A stretch of DNA of 64,000 nt from Candidatus Cloacimonadales bacterium (GTDB taxonomy: Bacteria > Cloacimonadota > Cloacimonadia > Cloacimonadales > DAONDQ01). The notes under the pieces were generated by a model. The model saw nothing but the letters and a program-made list of their open reading frames with translations. It searched no databases and was not told where the DNA came from. The translations under genes and the position numbers were made by a program. Position 1 is the first letter of the stretch. The number at the start of each line of letters is the position of its first letter. This document shows, one piece after another, positions 40,967 through 49,539 of this stretch. The stretch covers positions 256,001 through 320,000 of the forward strand of contig OY759316.1 in NCBI GenBank assembly GCA_963662275.1, read 5' to 3'.

Positions 40967-42307
40967 TTAAATTTCTTCCTGGAACTTCTGCCATTGATAA
41001 TTGAATGTACGGTATGATATGCCAAGCAGCTTTGCTGCCATAGCTTTATTTCCATTAGCCTGGTTCATCGCTTTAACGAAGTATTTCTTTTCAATAACCG
41101 ATAATTCCGTTTCTAATGAAAAACCATCAAAGATATTTATCTCTTCTGCTTTCCTGACTTTTGTATTCAAGGAAAGATGCTCTGGTAATATTAAATCATT
41201 GGCTAAAATAGCAGCACGCTGCATTTCATTCCTTAATTCCCGGATATTACCGTACCAGGGATAGTCAATCAATGAATGCATTGCTTCTTCTGAAATCCTG
41301 GCAGTTGAGTACTTTTTTAGAAAGTAATAGGATAGCAAAGGAATATCATCTTTCCTGAGCGACAAAGGCGGTAAATCCAAAGTGAAGATATTCAGACGAT
41401 AATACAGGTCTTCCCTGAATCTCTTATCTTCAACCATCTCCGGTATGTTCTTATTCGTGGCTGCGATCACTCTCACATTCACCATTGTTGGTTTGCTTTC
41501 TCCAATAGGTATGATTTCTCCGCTTTCCAATGCTCTCAATAGCTTAGGTTGAAACTCAAGAGGTAAATCTCCGATTTCATCTAAGAAGAGCGTTCCTCCA
41601 TTGGCTTCCCAAAACTTCCCTTTCCTGGTTTGATATGCACCTGTAAAAGTACCTTTCAAATGACCAAAGAACTCGCTTTCAAATAGACTTGGTGATATGG
41701 CAGAACAGTTTACCGGTACAAATGGCTTGTCTCTTCTGTTTGAAATCTTGTGAATAGCTCTTACTAACAGTTCTTTCCCTGTTCCACTTTCCCCTGTTAC
41801 CAGCACATTGGCATCTGATAAAGACACCTTCTCAGCCATCTTCAATGTTTGTTTCAGCCTGCTGTTCTGACCGATAATCTCTCGGAATGGTTCATCAATT
41901 CTCACCTGGCTTTCCAGGGACTTCACTTTGTCAGATAATTGCTTGATTTGGTAGGCTCCGTTCACGATATTGATCAGGTCATTGTTATCGAAAGGCTTGG
42001 TTAAAAAGTGATAACCACCGTATTTGATGGATTCAACTGCCAAGGTATAGGTAGCATGTGCAGTAATAAAAACAAACTGGATATCGGGATACTTCGCTTT
42101 AATGACCTTCATGGTCTCGATACCGGTGATACCTGGTAAATTGATATCCGCTATAATCACGTCAAATTCTTGTCTGTCACATATTTCTATGGCATTCTCA
42201 CCGCTCAGGGATGTCTCAACTTCATATCCTTCTTTTTTGAGTAAGATGGATATAATATTCCTGATATTAGGTTCATCATCTATGATTAATAACTTTGGCA
42301 TACTCAC
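40967..42307 (-). CDS. NtrC-family sigma54-dependent response regulator
   Basis: Receiver LLIIDDE; Walker A GESGTGKE; ESEFFGH-GTFTGA; FLDEIG; FREDLYYRLN; C-terminal HTH. Confidence 0.9.
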   Translation of the reverse strand: MSMPKLLIIDDEPNIRNIISILLKKEGYEVETSLSGENAIEICDRQEFDVIIADINLPGITGIETMKVIKAKYPDIQFVFITAHATYTLAVESIKYGGYHFLTKPFDNNDLINIVNGAYQIKQLSDKVKSLESQVRIDEPFREIIGQNSRLKQTLKMAEKVSLSDANVLVTGESGTGKELLVRAIHKISNRRDKPFVPVNCSAISPSLFESEFFGHLKGTFTGAYQTRKGKFWEANGGTLFLDEIGDLPLEFQPKLLRALESGEIIPIGESKPTMVNVRVIAATNKNIPEMVEDKRFREDLYYRLNIFTLDLPPLSLRKDDIPLLSYYFLKKYSTARISEEAMHSLIDYPWYGNIRELRNEMQRAAILANDLILPEHLSLNTKVRKAEEINIFDGFSLETELSVIEKKYFVKAMNQANGNKAMAAKLLGISYRTFNYQWQKFQEEI

Positions 42308-43503
42308 TTCTTCTCTGATTGATTTGTATAATCCATGGTTATATTGATATTCGTTCCTTTGTCCGGCAAGGATAAAATGGTAAGCTCAAATCCGTGCTGG
42401 CCAAGAATCTGTTGGACAATTGCCATCCCCAATCCTGTGCCGTTCGCTTTGGTTGTGAAGAATGGCTCTGTGATATGCTCGAGGATATCTGCCTTTATGC
42501 CTGAACCAGTATCTGTCACATACAATTTCAAGGTTTTTTCAGACAATTTCTCTATCCCGACATGAATGAACTTTTCCTGCGTATTCTCCATGGCATCAAT
42601 AGCGTTATTGATTAGATTGAGCAACACCTGCTTCAATTGTTCAGCATCGGCTTTGACAATATATTCGCCTGCTTCACCAGTTAGATATTCATACCTGATG
42701 TGATTATCTGCCAGTGAATTCTCATACAGTTTTTCCACATTTGTTAGTAAAAGACTCAGATCCGTTTCCTGGAAAATTGCCTGTCTCGGTTTAGAGAAGT
42801 CCAGCATATCCTTGGTAATCATATTGATTCTATCCACTTCTGCAATCACATTTTGAGCAACATCCTTCATCTCGTCCTGCTCCACGACGGATTGCAGCAA
42901 TTGTACTGAACTGCGGATGGAAGTGAGAGGGTTTCTTATCTCATGGGCAAGGGAAGAAGACATTCTGCCCACCATCGCCATTTTCTTTTGCTGGTAGCTT
43001 GAGTCTCGCTGCTGTAGCTCACGGTCGAATCTTGCAGTTTCCGTATAGGATAAGGCAGTGAGCTGAAACAGTGATTGCAGGAAGAACTTCTGGTCTTTTT
43101 TTATCGGCTTACCTTTGATCAAAACAAGCAGGGGAATATTGTTTCTGAGCAGCATTGGGAATATATACCGAATATCGAGATCACCAAAGCATAGTAAATC
43201 CTCTTTCACATATTCCAGGATACTTCCTGCCAGTTCCATACATTTCTGGTTACGATTCAACCAGGAAACGATGACAGATTTCGCAGATAGAATAATGCCT
43301 TTCTCTTCGAGTACATAATTGTCGTCTATTCGGGGAAGGAAGTAAATATCATGATGAGGAAAGAGTTCTTTTAACCTGCCTTCCGTCAAGTCCAGGATCA
43401 TTTGTTTATCGACGAGGAGGGCATAGGAATTGATTAATTCTCCCATCATAAGAAAATTAAAGGAATTCTTATAGGGTGTAAATAATGATTTCCACCTAAT
43501 CAA
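42304..43503 (-). CDS. Sensor histidine kinase, apparently cytoplasmic
   Basis: H-box LAHEIRNPL; N-box NLINNAIDA; DTGSGI; FFTTKANGTGLG; no clear TM segment. Confidence 0.9.
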   Translation of the reverse strand: MIRWKSLFTPYKNSFNFLMMGELINSYALLVDKQMILDLTEGRLKELFPHHDIYFLPRIDDNYVLEEKGIILSAKSVIVSWLNRNQKCMELAGSILEYVKEDLLCFGDLDIRYIFPMLLRNNIPLLVLIKGKPIKKDQKFFLQSLFQLTALSYTETARFDRELQQRDSSYQQKKMAMVGRMSSSLAHEIRNPLTSIRSSVQLLQSVVEQDEMKDVAQNVIAEVDRINMITKDMLDFSKPRQAIFQETDLSLLLTNVEKLYENSLADNHIRYEYLTGEAGEYIVKADAEQLKQVLLNLINNAIDAMENTQEKFIHVGIEKLSEKTLKLYVTDTGSGIKADILEHITEPFFTTKANGTGLGMAIVQQILGQHGFELTILSLPDKGTNINITMDYTNQSEKK

Positions 43504-43531
43504 TGCATCACTCCCTCATGTTTTTCTTATT

Positions 43532-44245
43532 TTAAGAGATATTTCCTTCCATATAGTCAAGGTAAATCTTTTGCAGATCTTCATACTCAAGCTCTTTGCT
43601 GGTCTTTGTCATAACCAGTAGTCCATCCTTCATAATGCCGACAATATCTGCCATTTCCTTTGCCCTGAAGATATCGTGCGTTGACATCAGGATAGCCTTT
43701 CCCTTGTGCTTTAATTCGATCAGTAGATTCTGGAAGTCGAAGGCTGCCTTCGGATCAAGACCTGAAAACGGTTCATCCATTATGATCAGATCTGCATCCT
43801 TGATTATGGCTATAGCGATACCTGTTTTCTGTCTCATTCCCTTCGAATAGGTGGAGGTATGCTTATGAATAAAATCATCCTGCAAACCGATATCCCGCAG
43901 CAAATTTTCCAGTTCCACCTTTGTATGCTTCTTCCCAGCCAATTTATCAAAGAATGCCAGGTTCTGGTAGCCAGTGAAGTTATCATAGAGCATCACATTC
44001 TCAGATAAATAGGCTATCTTCTTTCTTGCAGGAAGTGGGTCTTTCAAAGCATTGATACCATCAATGAAGAACTCTCCTGAAGTGGGACTGATAAACCCGC
44101 AGAGCAAATTGATTGCTGTTGATTTTCCAGCTCCATTGGCACCTAAAAGAATGTACATTTCACCTTTTTCAAGATTCAGGCTCAGGTTATCCAAAGCCAG
44201 TTTACCATCTTCATAGCGCTTGCTTAAGTTTTTTATCGTTAACAT
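43532..44245 (-). CDS. ABC transporter ATP-binding protein
   Basis: Walker A GANGAGKS; signature YSKGMRQK; Walker B IIMDEP. Start moved to ATG 44245 (MLTIKNLSK) behind AGGAGAG. Confidence 0.92.
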   Translation of the reverse strand: MLTIKNLSKRYEDGKLALDNLSLNLEKGEMYILLGANGAGKSTAINLLCGFISPTSGEFFIDGINALKDPLPARKKIAYLSENVMLYDNFTGYQNLAFFDKLAGKKHTKVELENLLRDIGLQDDFIHKHTSTYSKGMRQKTGIAIAIIKDADLIIMDEPFSGLDPKAAFDFQNLLIELKHKGKAILMSTHDIFRAKEMADIVGIMKDGLLVMTKTSKELEYEDLQKIYLDYMEGNIS

Positions 44246-44262
44246 AATCTCTCCTTTGTATT

Positions 44263-44287
44263 GTAAAGCAAGACGCCGTTCTTGCTT
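44263..44287 (+). repeat. REP-like palindrome (single copy)
   Basis: GTAAAGCAAGA-CGCCGT-TCTTGCTT. Confidence 0.45.
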
Positions 44288-44308
44288 ATGTTGTCTTGCA
44301 TCTTCGTC

Positions 44309-44506
44309 GTGGAGTAGGATTCCGATCCTACTGAACACGCAGCTTTTGATAAAGTTTAACTATCAGTCTCGTATGCAGTAGGATCGGAATCCTACTCCAC
44401 ATTTCACGATCTTTTTCAGTCTCGTATGCAGTAGGATCGGAATCCTACTCCACATTTCACGATCTTTTTCAGTCTCGTATGCAGTAGGATCGGAATCCTA
44501 CTCCAC
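44309..44506. repeat. BIME-like REP cluster: one GTGGAGTAGGATTCCGATCCTACTG plus three inverted copies in 53-bp tandem units
   Basis: Copies at 44309-44333 (+) and 44376-44400, 44429-44453, 44482-44506 (-); identical linkers ATTTCACGATCTTTTTCAGTCTCGTATG. Confidence 0.92.
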
Positions 44507-44515
44507 TTCCCAGAT

Positions 44516-45931
44516 TTATCTCACATCAAAATGAATGATCTTGAAATATACGATCACCCAAACCAGGGCATTGATCAAAATCAGGATTAACAAATATGGC
44601 AGGATTATATGGAATTTCTTCACAGCATTATCCTGTCGATAATCCATCATTACCAGCCTATTAATATGATTGTAAGGCTTCATTGAAAATAGAGATTTTT
44701 CTATCATACCGGCATCACCTTCAGCATTGGCATAATAGAAATGCATACTATTTGGGTCTGCCTTATCTTGGGATACAATATCCTGTTTGATTTCATTATA
44801 TCTTTGTTCGAATTGAGACAGGCTGTTTTTAAAGTGATAATACCCAATATCCAGCAGGATATCCATCATGTTATCCATCAATCCCATAGGTGAAATGGAA
44901 GCAATCTTCTGCTTCATTTCAATTTGCCGGTAAAAGTCTTCATTTTGTTTGTTATACTCTTTACTGAGAGCCAGGTTTGATTCATAAAATCCTTTTACTC
45001 TCATCCCATTTTCAAGGTGCATATTCCCGTCCACAGTATTGAAACCATCGGGTGTAAAAGCTTTATCTCTCCAATACGTGTAAACCTTCCCTTTTGCATC
45101 CGTTAGTTCTTTATCATAAACTGACTGTGACTTGACCGGGAGTAGTTTCTTTGCAACGATATTGGCTCCCTGCGGTATGATGATGATAAAGAGCAACCAG
45201 ACGGTCATGGTAATAATGATGCTGTTTCGATAATTGCGACTCATGGAAATCAATATTCCCAGTATGATGAAGAAGCAGAAGTAGGGAATGAAGAGCAGCA
45301 AGGTTAATACATTGGTGATCAGGATGGAGGAAGAGAAATTACTTGTGAGAGCCATCATGAGTATGGTTGAGATAACAAAACCTGGTAGAATAGCTAATAT
45401 TACAATGATCAGAGTGCTTAGGAATTTGCTGAACAGCACTTGGAATCTTGTCACTCCTTCGACGATTACCAGCCTGAATGTACCGTTCTGCTTTTCGTTG
45501 GAAATCACATCATAACTAATCAGTAAACACATCAGGCTACCCAGAATACCAAAGATAAAAGCCCAATCCAATCTGAAGAATGTTTTTGAAGGATAGCTGA
45601 TATCATACTTCTGGGGTCTGAATGTTTCCAGTTCTGTCATTAAGCCTGTAGGAAATCCGGGCTTCACTGTTATATATGCTGATTTGTAGATATTTTCAAA
45701 GAAATAGACCTGCCCGACACGTATGAGATGCTGCATGCTTGAGTTGTTGTCAGCGCTATCCTGTTTACATTGACTGATCAGTTGCTGATAATAGCTGTCA
45801 GTTGCTTTTTCACGGGAAGCTCCATTAAAACTGCAGATAACAAAGAGAATGAACATGATCAGCAATAGTACCTGGAATTTAAAGTCTTTGAGCAACAGCG
45901 TGATATCTTTCCAGAAAATAGTCTTTAACAT
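44516..45931 (-). CDS. ABC-2 type transporter permease
   Basis: SYDVISNEKQNGTFRLV..GVTRFQVLFSK motif; multiple TM helices with large extracytoplasmic loops. Confidence 0.85.
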   Translation of the reverse strand: MLKTIFWKDITLLLKDFKFQVLLLIMFILFVICSFNGASREKATDSYYQQLISQCKQDSADNNSSMQHLIRVGQVYFFENIYKSAYITVKPGFPTGLMTELETFRPQKYDISYPSKTFFRLDWAFIFGILGSLMCLLISYDVISNEKQNGTFRLVIVEGVTRFQVLFSKFLSTLIIVILAILPGFVISTILMMALTSNFSSSILITNVLTLLLFIPYFCFFIILGILISMSRNYRNSIIITMTVWLLFIIIIPQGANIVAKKLLPVKSQSVYDKELTDAKGKVYTYWRDKAFTPDGFNTVDGNMHLENGMRVKGFYESNLALSKEYNKQNEDFYRQIEMKQKIASISPMGLMDNMMDILLDIGYYHFKNSLSQFEQRYNEIKQDIVSQDKADPNSMHFYYANAEGDAGMIEKSLFSMKPYNHINRLVMMDYRQDNAVKKFHIILPYLLILILINALVWVIVYFKIIHFDVR

Positions 45932-45937
45932 GATTCC

Positions 45938-47443
45938 CTACCTTATATCATACTTTTTAAAGAGGTTCAGGTCCCAGAGGAATAACCCAAGGATAAATAG
46001 AAGCAAGAAACAAAAATAGATGTATGAACTTCTTACCATCGTCATCAAAGAAGATTCTTTATATTCATACTTGGGAAGATTGGGAATCGTGAATTTGAAG
46101 CGATGTAGATCCATTTGCTTAATGAGATCAGTTCTCGATTTGACAGTCCGTACATCACGCATCGTAAAGGAAGTATCAACAATAGCAAAAAATTGCCTGC
46201 TAATCAGCCATTTATCACGGATTCCCTGGGATACAATCTTATCCCGAATTTGATTTGCATCTGTCAGGAATGTTCCATAATCACTCATGGAGCATCCGGA
46301 TATGTTCTCCGCTATTCTCATCAGGCAAATCCTGGGATTATAAAATTGCAACTGGTCACTGAATATGTAATTATCATCTTCTGCTTTATCTCTCAGGATA
46401 CGCAGTTCACTCAATCTCTTATTCAAAGGGAAGACCTTCTTATAAGTGTCCCGTATGTAGTTAACATGAACATTTTCCACTTCTACTGTGGATAAGACTG
46501 TCGTTTGATCAATGATATTGTTCCACTGAAGATGCCCACCATTATGAAGATTATTATCTCTATCAACTTCAAGCCACTTTTCCGCCTTTTGATTCCAAAC
46601 CATCTCAAATTCTTTCTGGTATTTATCAAAGGAATTATCATGTTTGAATTTTCCTGTGAGAAGGGGCATTGTCATCGGGAGTATCATCAGTAAAGCAATC
46701 CAGCAAAAAATGGCATAGACTAAGGATTTACCGGGACTCTTTGTGAGCAGGGATGTCCAGATTCCTAACAAAATAAAGCATGTTGAAAAAATACTGATGG
46801 CAATCAAATACAATATCCATTGCTGCATAAATCCAACTGTGATTAAAGAAGGGAACATGACGAGTAAGATAATTAAACTGATAAAAAAGGGAATGAATAT
46901 GACCATATTCACAAAAAGGAAAGTACCTACGATCTTTTTCAGCAGGAAATGGCACCTCTTCAATTCAAAAGTCATTAGCAATCTCAGTGTGCCATCCTTC
47001 TTTTCCCCATTTACACTGTCAAAAGTGATGAGTAGTATAAAGAGTGATAAAAAGAATATGATCAATGTCGTTATGTCCAGCTTGACCGTATCCCTGAAAA
47101 AGCGCTGCGCTGCAGAATTCCCTTCTGTTGTGGAGTCTAAAACTTCAAATAAGGGACTATCAACGAGGTGTCCCATCCTGAGAAATCCACCTTCATGATA
47201 TATAGTGAACAATACAGGTGGAAATATCGCCTGGGCATGGATATAACTGTATATCGGCATATCCTTATCATAATCTGCAAACATCTGCTGATCTGCAATA
47301 TACGATTGTCTTTGCTGCTTGAAGTCATCCACCCTGATCCAAAAGACTAAGGCGAACATCACGATGAATACAAGCAAAGACCAGACGACCCGGTTGCTTT
47401 TTAGTAAGGATTGGATTTCTTGTTTTAAAAGTACTTTAAACAT
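45938..47443 (-). CDS. ABC-2 type transporter permease (paralog)
   Basis: TFDSVNGEKKDGTLRLLMT motif; TM helices; ends FKKYDIR. Start taken as ATG 47443. Confidence 0.85.
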   Translation of the reverse strand: MFKVLLKQEIQSLLKSNRVVWSLLVFIVMFALVFWIRVDDFKQQRQSYIADQQMFADYDKDMPIYSYIHAQAIFPPVLFTIYHEGGFLRMGHLVDSPLFEVLDSTTEGNSAAQRFFRDTVKLDITTLIIFFLSLFILLITFDSVNGEKKDGTLRLLMTFELKRCHFLLKKIVGTFLFVNMVIFIPFFISLIILLVMFPSLITVGFMQQWILYLIAISIFSTCFILLGIWTSLLTKSPGKSLVYAIFCWIALLMILPMTMPLLTGKFKHDNSFDKYQKEFEMVWNQKAEKWLEVDRDNNLHNGGHLQWNNIIDQTTVLSTVEVENVHVNYIRDTYKKVFPLNKRLSELRILRDKAEDDNYIFSDQLQFYNPRICLMRIAENISGCSMSDYGTFLTDANQIRDKIVSQGIRDKWLISRQFFAIVDTSFTMRDVRTVKSRTDLIKQMDLHRFKFTIPNLPKYEYKESSLMTMVRSSYIYFCFLLLFILGLFLWDLNLFKKYDIR

Positions 47444-47451
47444 CTCCACCT

Positions 47452-48879
47452 CTAATTCTTAGAAATTCTGATCATTCCATACACCAGTCCGCCCACAAAT
47501 GCCAAAGCTAATAGTATAGAACCTATGATTAACCACACATTACCCTTTTCCTGGATTTCCAGTTTGATCTGCTGCTCTGGAGTTTGTACCGGCTTATCGA
47601 CATTCTTTCCCGCAATCACTAATTTGACATCGTAAATTCCCTTACCTGTATTGTCAGAAGGTATGATTACTATCTTGATTTTTACTTTCTCTTTTGGTTC
47701 CAGTTTCGTTATTTGGGCAGGAACTACTTTATACTCCCAATTCGACGGAAGATTGAGATCGTAACTGATATTAGTTACGGGCTTAATACCCTTATTCTCT
47801 ATAATAACGGGATATATTTCCAGTGATTTGCCTTTGTTTATTTGATAATATAAGTTCTGGAGGCTAACAATTAGCTCTGCTTTCCCGGAAGGAGTTATCT
47901 GCAAATCAACAGCACCAGCTATTTCCCTAGCTTTATTCGTTAAATTCAAAGTAAAGGGGAGAGGTTTATCCATCACAATGTTAGTACCTGATTTTTCCGG
48001 GATGGTTACGTAGAGTATGTAGTATTGTTTTGCCTGGTTGGTGGAAAATACCAGATCAGAGACATTCACATTATTGCTTTCATTCACGATAGACCAGGAA
48101 AATCCTGGGGGTAGATTCAATATTTTCGGCACCAGGTTCTTCCTGCCATCTCCGAAATATTCCATCGTCAAATGGAATGCTGCTGTCTCTCCATTCTGTA
48201 CATCCTGGGCATAAAGATCAGAGGTTATAGTCACCGAATTACTCGTTCCTTTACGTTTCAATAAAATCTTCTTCTCTGAAATTTGATCCCCGTAGTTCAC
48301 TGAAACAAGAACTGATTCCACATCTTTCAGTAAAGAAAACCGGATCTTCTTCTCCATTCCCAGTTTCAAGCTTTGAATATGATATTCATAAGGCTGCGAA
48401 ATAATATTCTTCTGTTCATCCTGTAAGGAAACATATAAATTATACATTGTATCAGGATGTAACTGGCTATTCTCTCCTATCTCATTAGATGCAGCTTCCT
48501 CCATGGCATAATTTCCTCCAGAAGTATTGGCTAATGTTAATTCTACATAAGTCTGACCGTCTTCCTGCTGGGTTTTATATGCCGATACTACTGAAATATA
48601 GGGTTTATCATAGATGACTGATAACATATATTGGTCATAATTCAATTTATCATTGCGATATTGCGATTCATATTGCTGATATTCGGTTTGGGAAATACAT
48701 TTTTTATCCAGTAGCTCCCGGGCATTCTTCATATCTTGTTCTGACTGCTCCATTCTCAGTTTCGCTTTCTGCACGGCGAGGATTTTGAAGCGTTCATCGT
48801 TAGGATTATATTCCTGGTAGGTTACCGCATCCAGGAAACTGAGAATGAATAACAGTCTGAACAAAATTATAAATTTCAT
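47452..48879 (-). CDS. Exported NEW3/Ig-like domain protein with N-terminal coiled hairpin and C-terminal TM anchor
   Basis: Signal peptide; helical region LLDKKCISQTEYQQ; NLPSNWEYKVVP..ITKLEPKE...GIYDV resembles NEW3; C-terminal WLIIGSILLALAFVGGLVYG. Confidence 0.7.
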   Translation of the reverse strand: MKFIILFRLLFILSFLDAVTYQEYNPNDERFKILAVQKAKLRMEQSEQDMKNARELLDKKCISQTEYQQYESQYRNDKLNYDQYMLSVIYDKPYISVVSAYKTQQEDGQTYVELTLANTSGGNYAMEEAASNEIGENSQLHPDTMYNLYVSLQDEQKNIISQPYEYHIQSLKLGMEKKIRFSLLKDVESVLVSVNYGDQISEKKILLKRKGTSNSVTITSDLYAQDVQNGETAAFHLTMEYFGDGRKNLVPKILNLPPGFSWSIVNESNNVNVSDLVFSTNQAKQYYILYVTIPEKSGTNIVMDKPLPFTLNLTNKAREIAGAVDLQITPSGKAELIVSLQNLYYQINKGKSLEIYPVIIENKGIKPVTNISYDLNLPSNWEYKVVPAQITKLEPKEKVKIKIVIIPSDNTGKGIYDVKLVIAGKNVDKPVQTPEQQIKLEIQEKGNVWLIIGSILLALAFVGGLVYGMIRISKN

Positions 48880-49179
48880 GTATATCCTTTTTCTTTAATT
48901 AAGAATATTACATTTTATGTTCCAGTGTTTCCAGAACAGGAATAAACTACTTAATCTATTGAAAAATAGAAAGATATAGAAAATACATGGGAAGGCTTTA
49001 ATGGATTAATAATGACAATATTGTAAGCTTATCTACAATTTTGTAAGTTTGAAAGCTAAGAGTTTGGAGTCCAAGTGCTACTCCATAGTTCGAGTAGTTC
49101 TGGAATAGAGCTATATCTGTTTTCATATCACTTAGATTCTACCCAATTCTATCCAACTTGAAACCTATATCCAACTTGG

Positions 49180-49269
49180 TTCATACCTGTTTCGCTAAAC
49201 AGGAATGAAACAGGAATGAAACAGGAATGAAACTGGTATGAAACAGGATTGAAACTGGTATGAACTTGG
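49180..49269. repeat. 11-bp tandem repeat AAAC(A/T)GG(A/T)ATG x6-7 preceded by one inverted copy
   Basis: 49197-49269 AAACAGGAATG x3, AAACTGGTATG, AAACAGGATTG, AAACTGGTATG; inverted TTCATACCTGTTTC at 49180-49193. Confidence 0.85.
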
Positions 49270-49539
49270 CATCATATATGTGGACTTTGTGACAAACGAC
49301 CGGAATACTTGATACTGGATTGCCGAATTCCACTTCGGTAGTAATGGTAATAGCTAAAAGAGAAAATGATACTGTAAAGAAAAATACAAGTATTGCCATA
49401 AGACATATCCAAAGGGAAGAATATTTCATTTCCTTCTTGACAAAACTATCATACTGATAAAAGCTAATCACATTAATATGAATAAAATACAAGCATCTTA
49501 TACACGCATGTGTAATAAGATGTACAAGGAGAAGCAAAC

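Noticed and set aside
44246..44338. 31-aa N-terminal extension of the ABC ATPase
   Set aside because: It reads through REP palindromes; a good RBS precedes ATG 44245.
44309..44506. CRISPR array
   Set aside because: Identical linkers and mixed orientation; the layout is REP/BIME-like.
49266..49282. Sigma54 promoter TTGGCATCATATATGTG
   Set aside because: The -12 position reads GT rather than the conserved GC.
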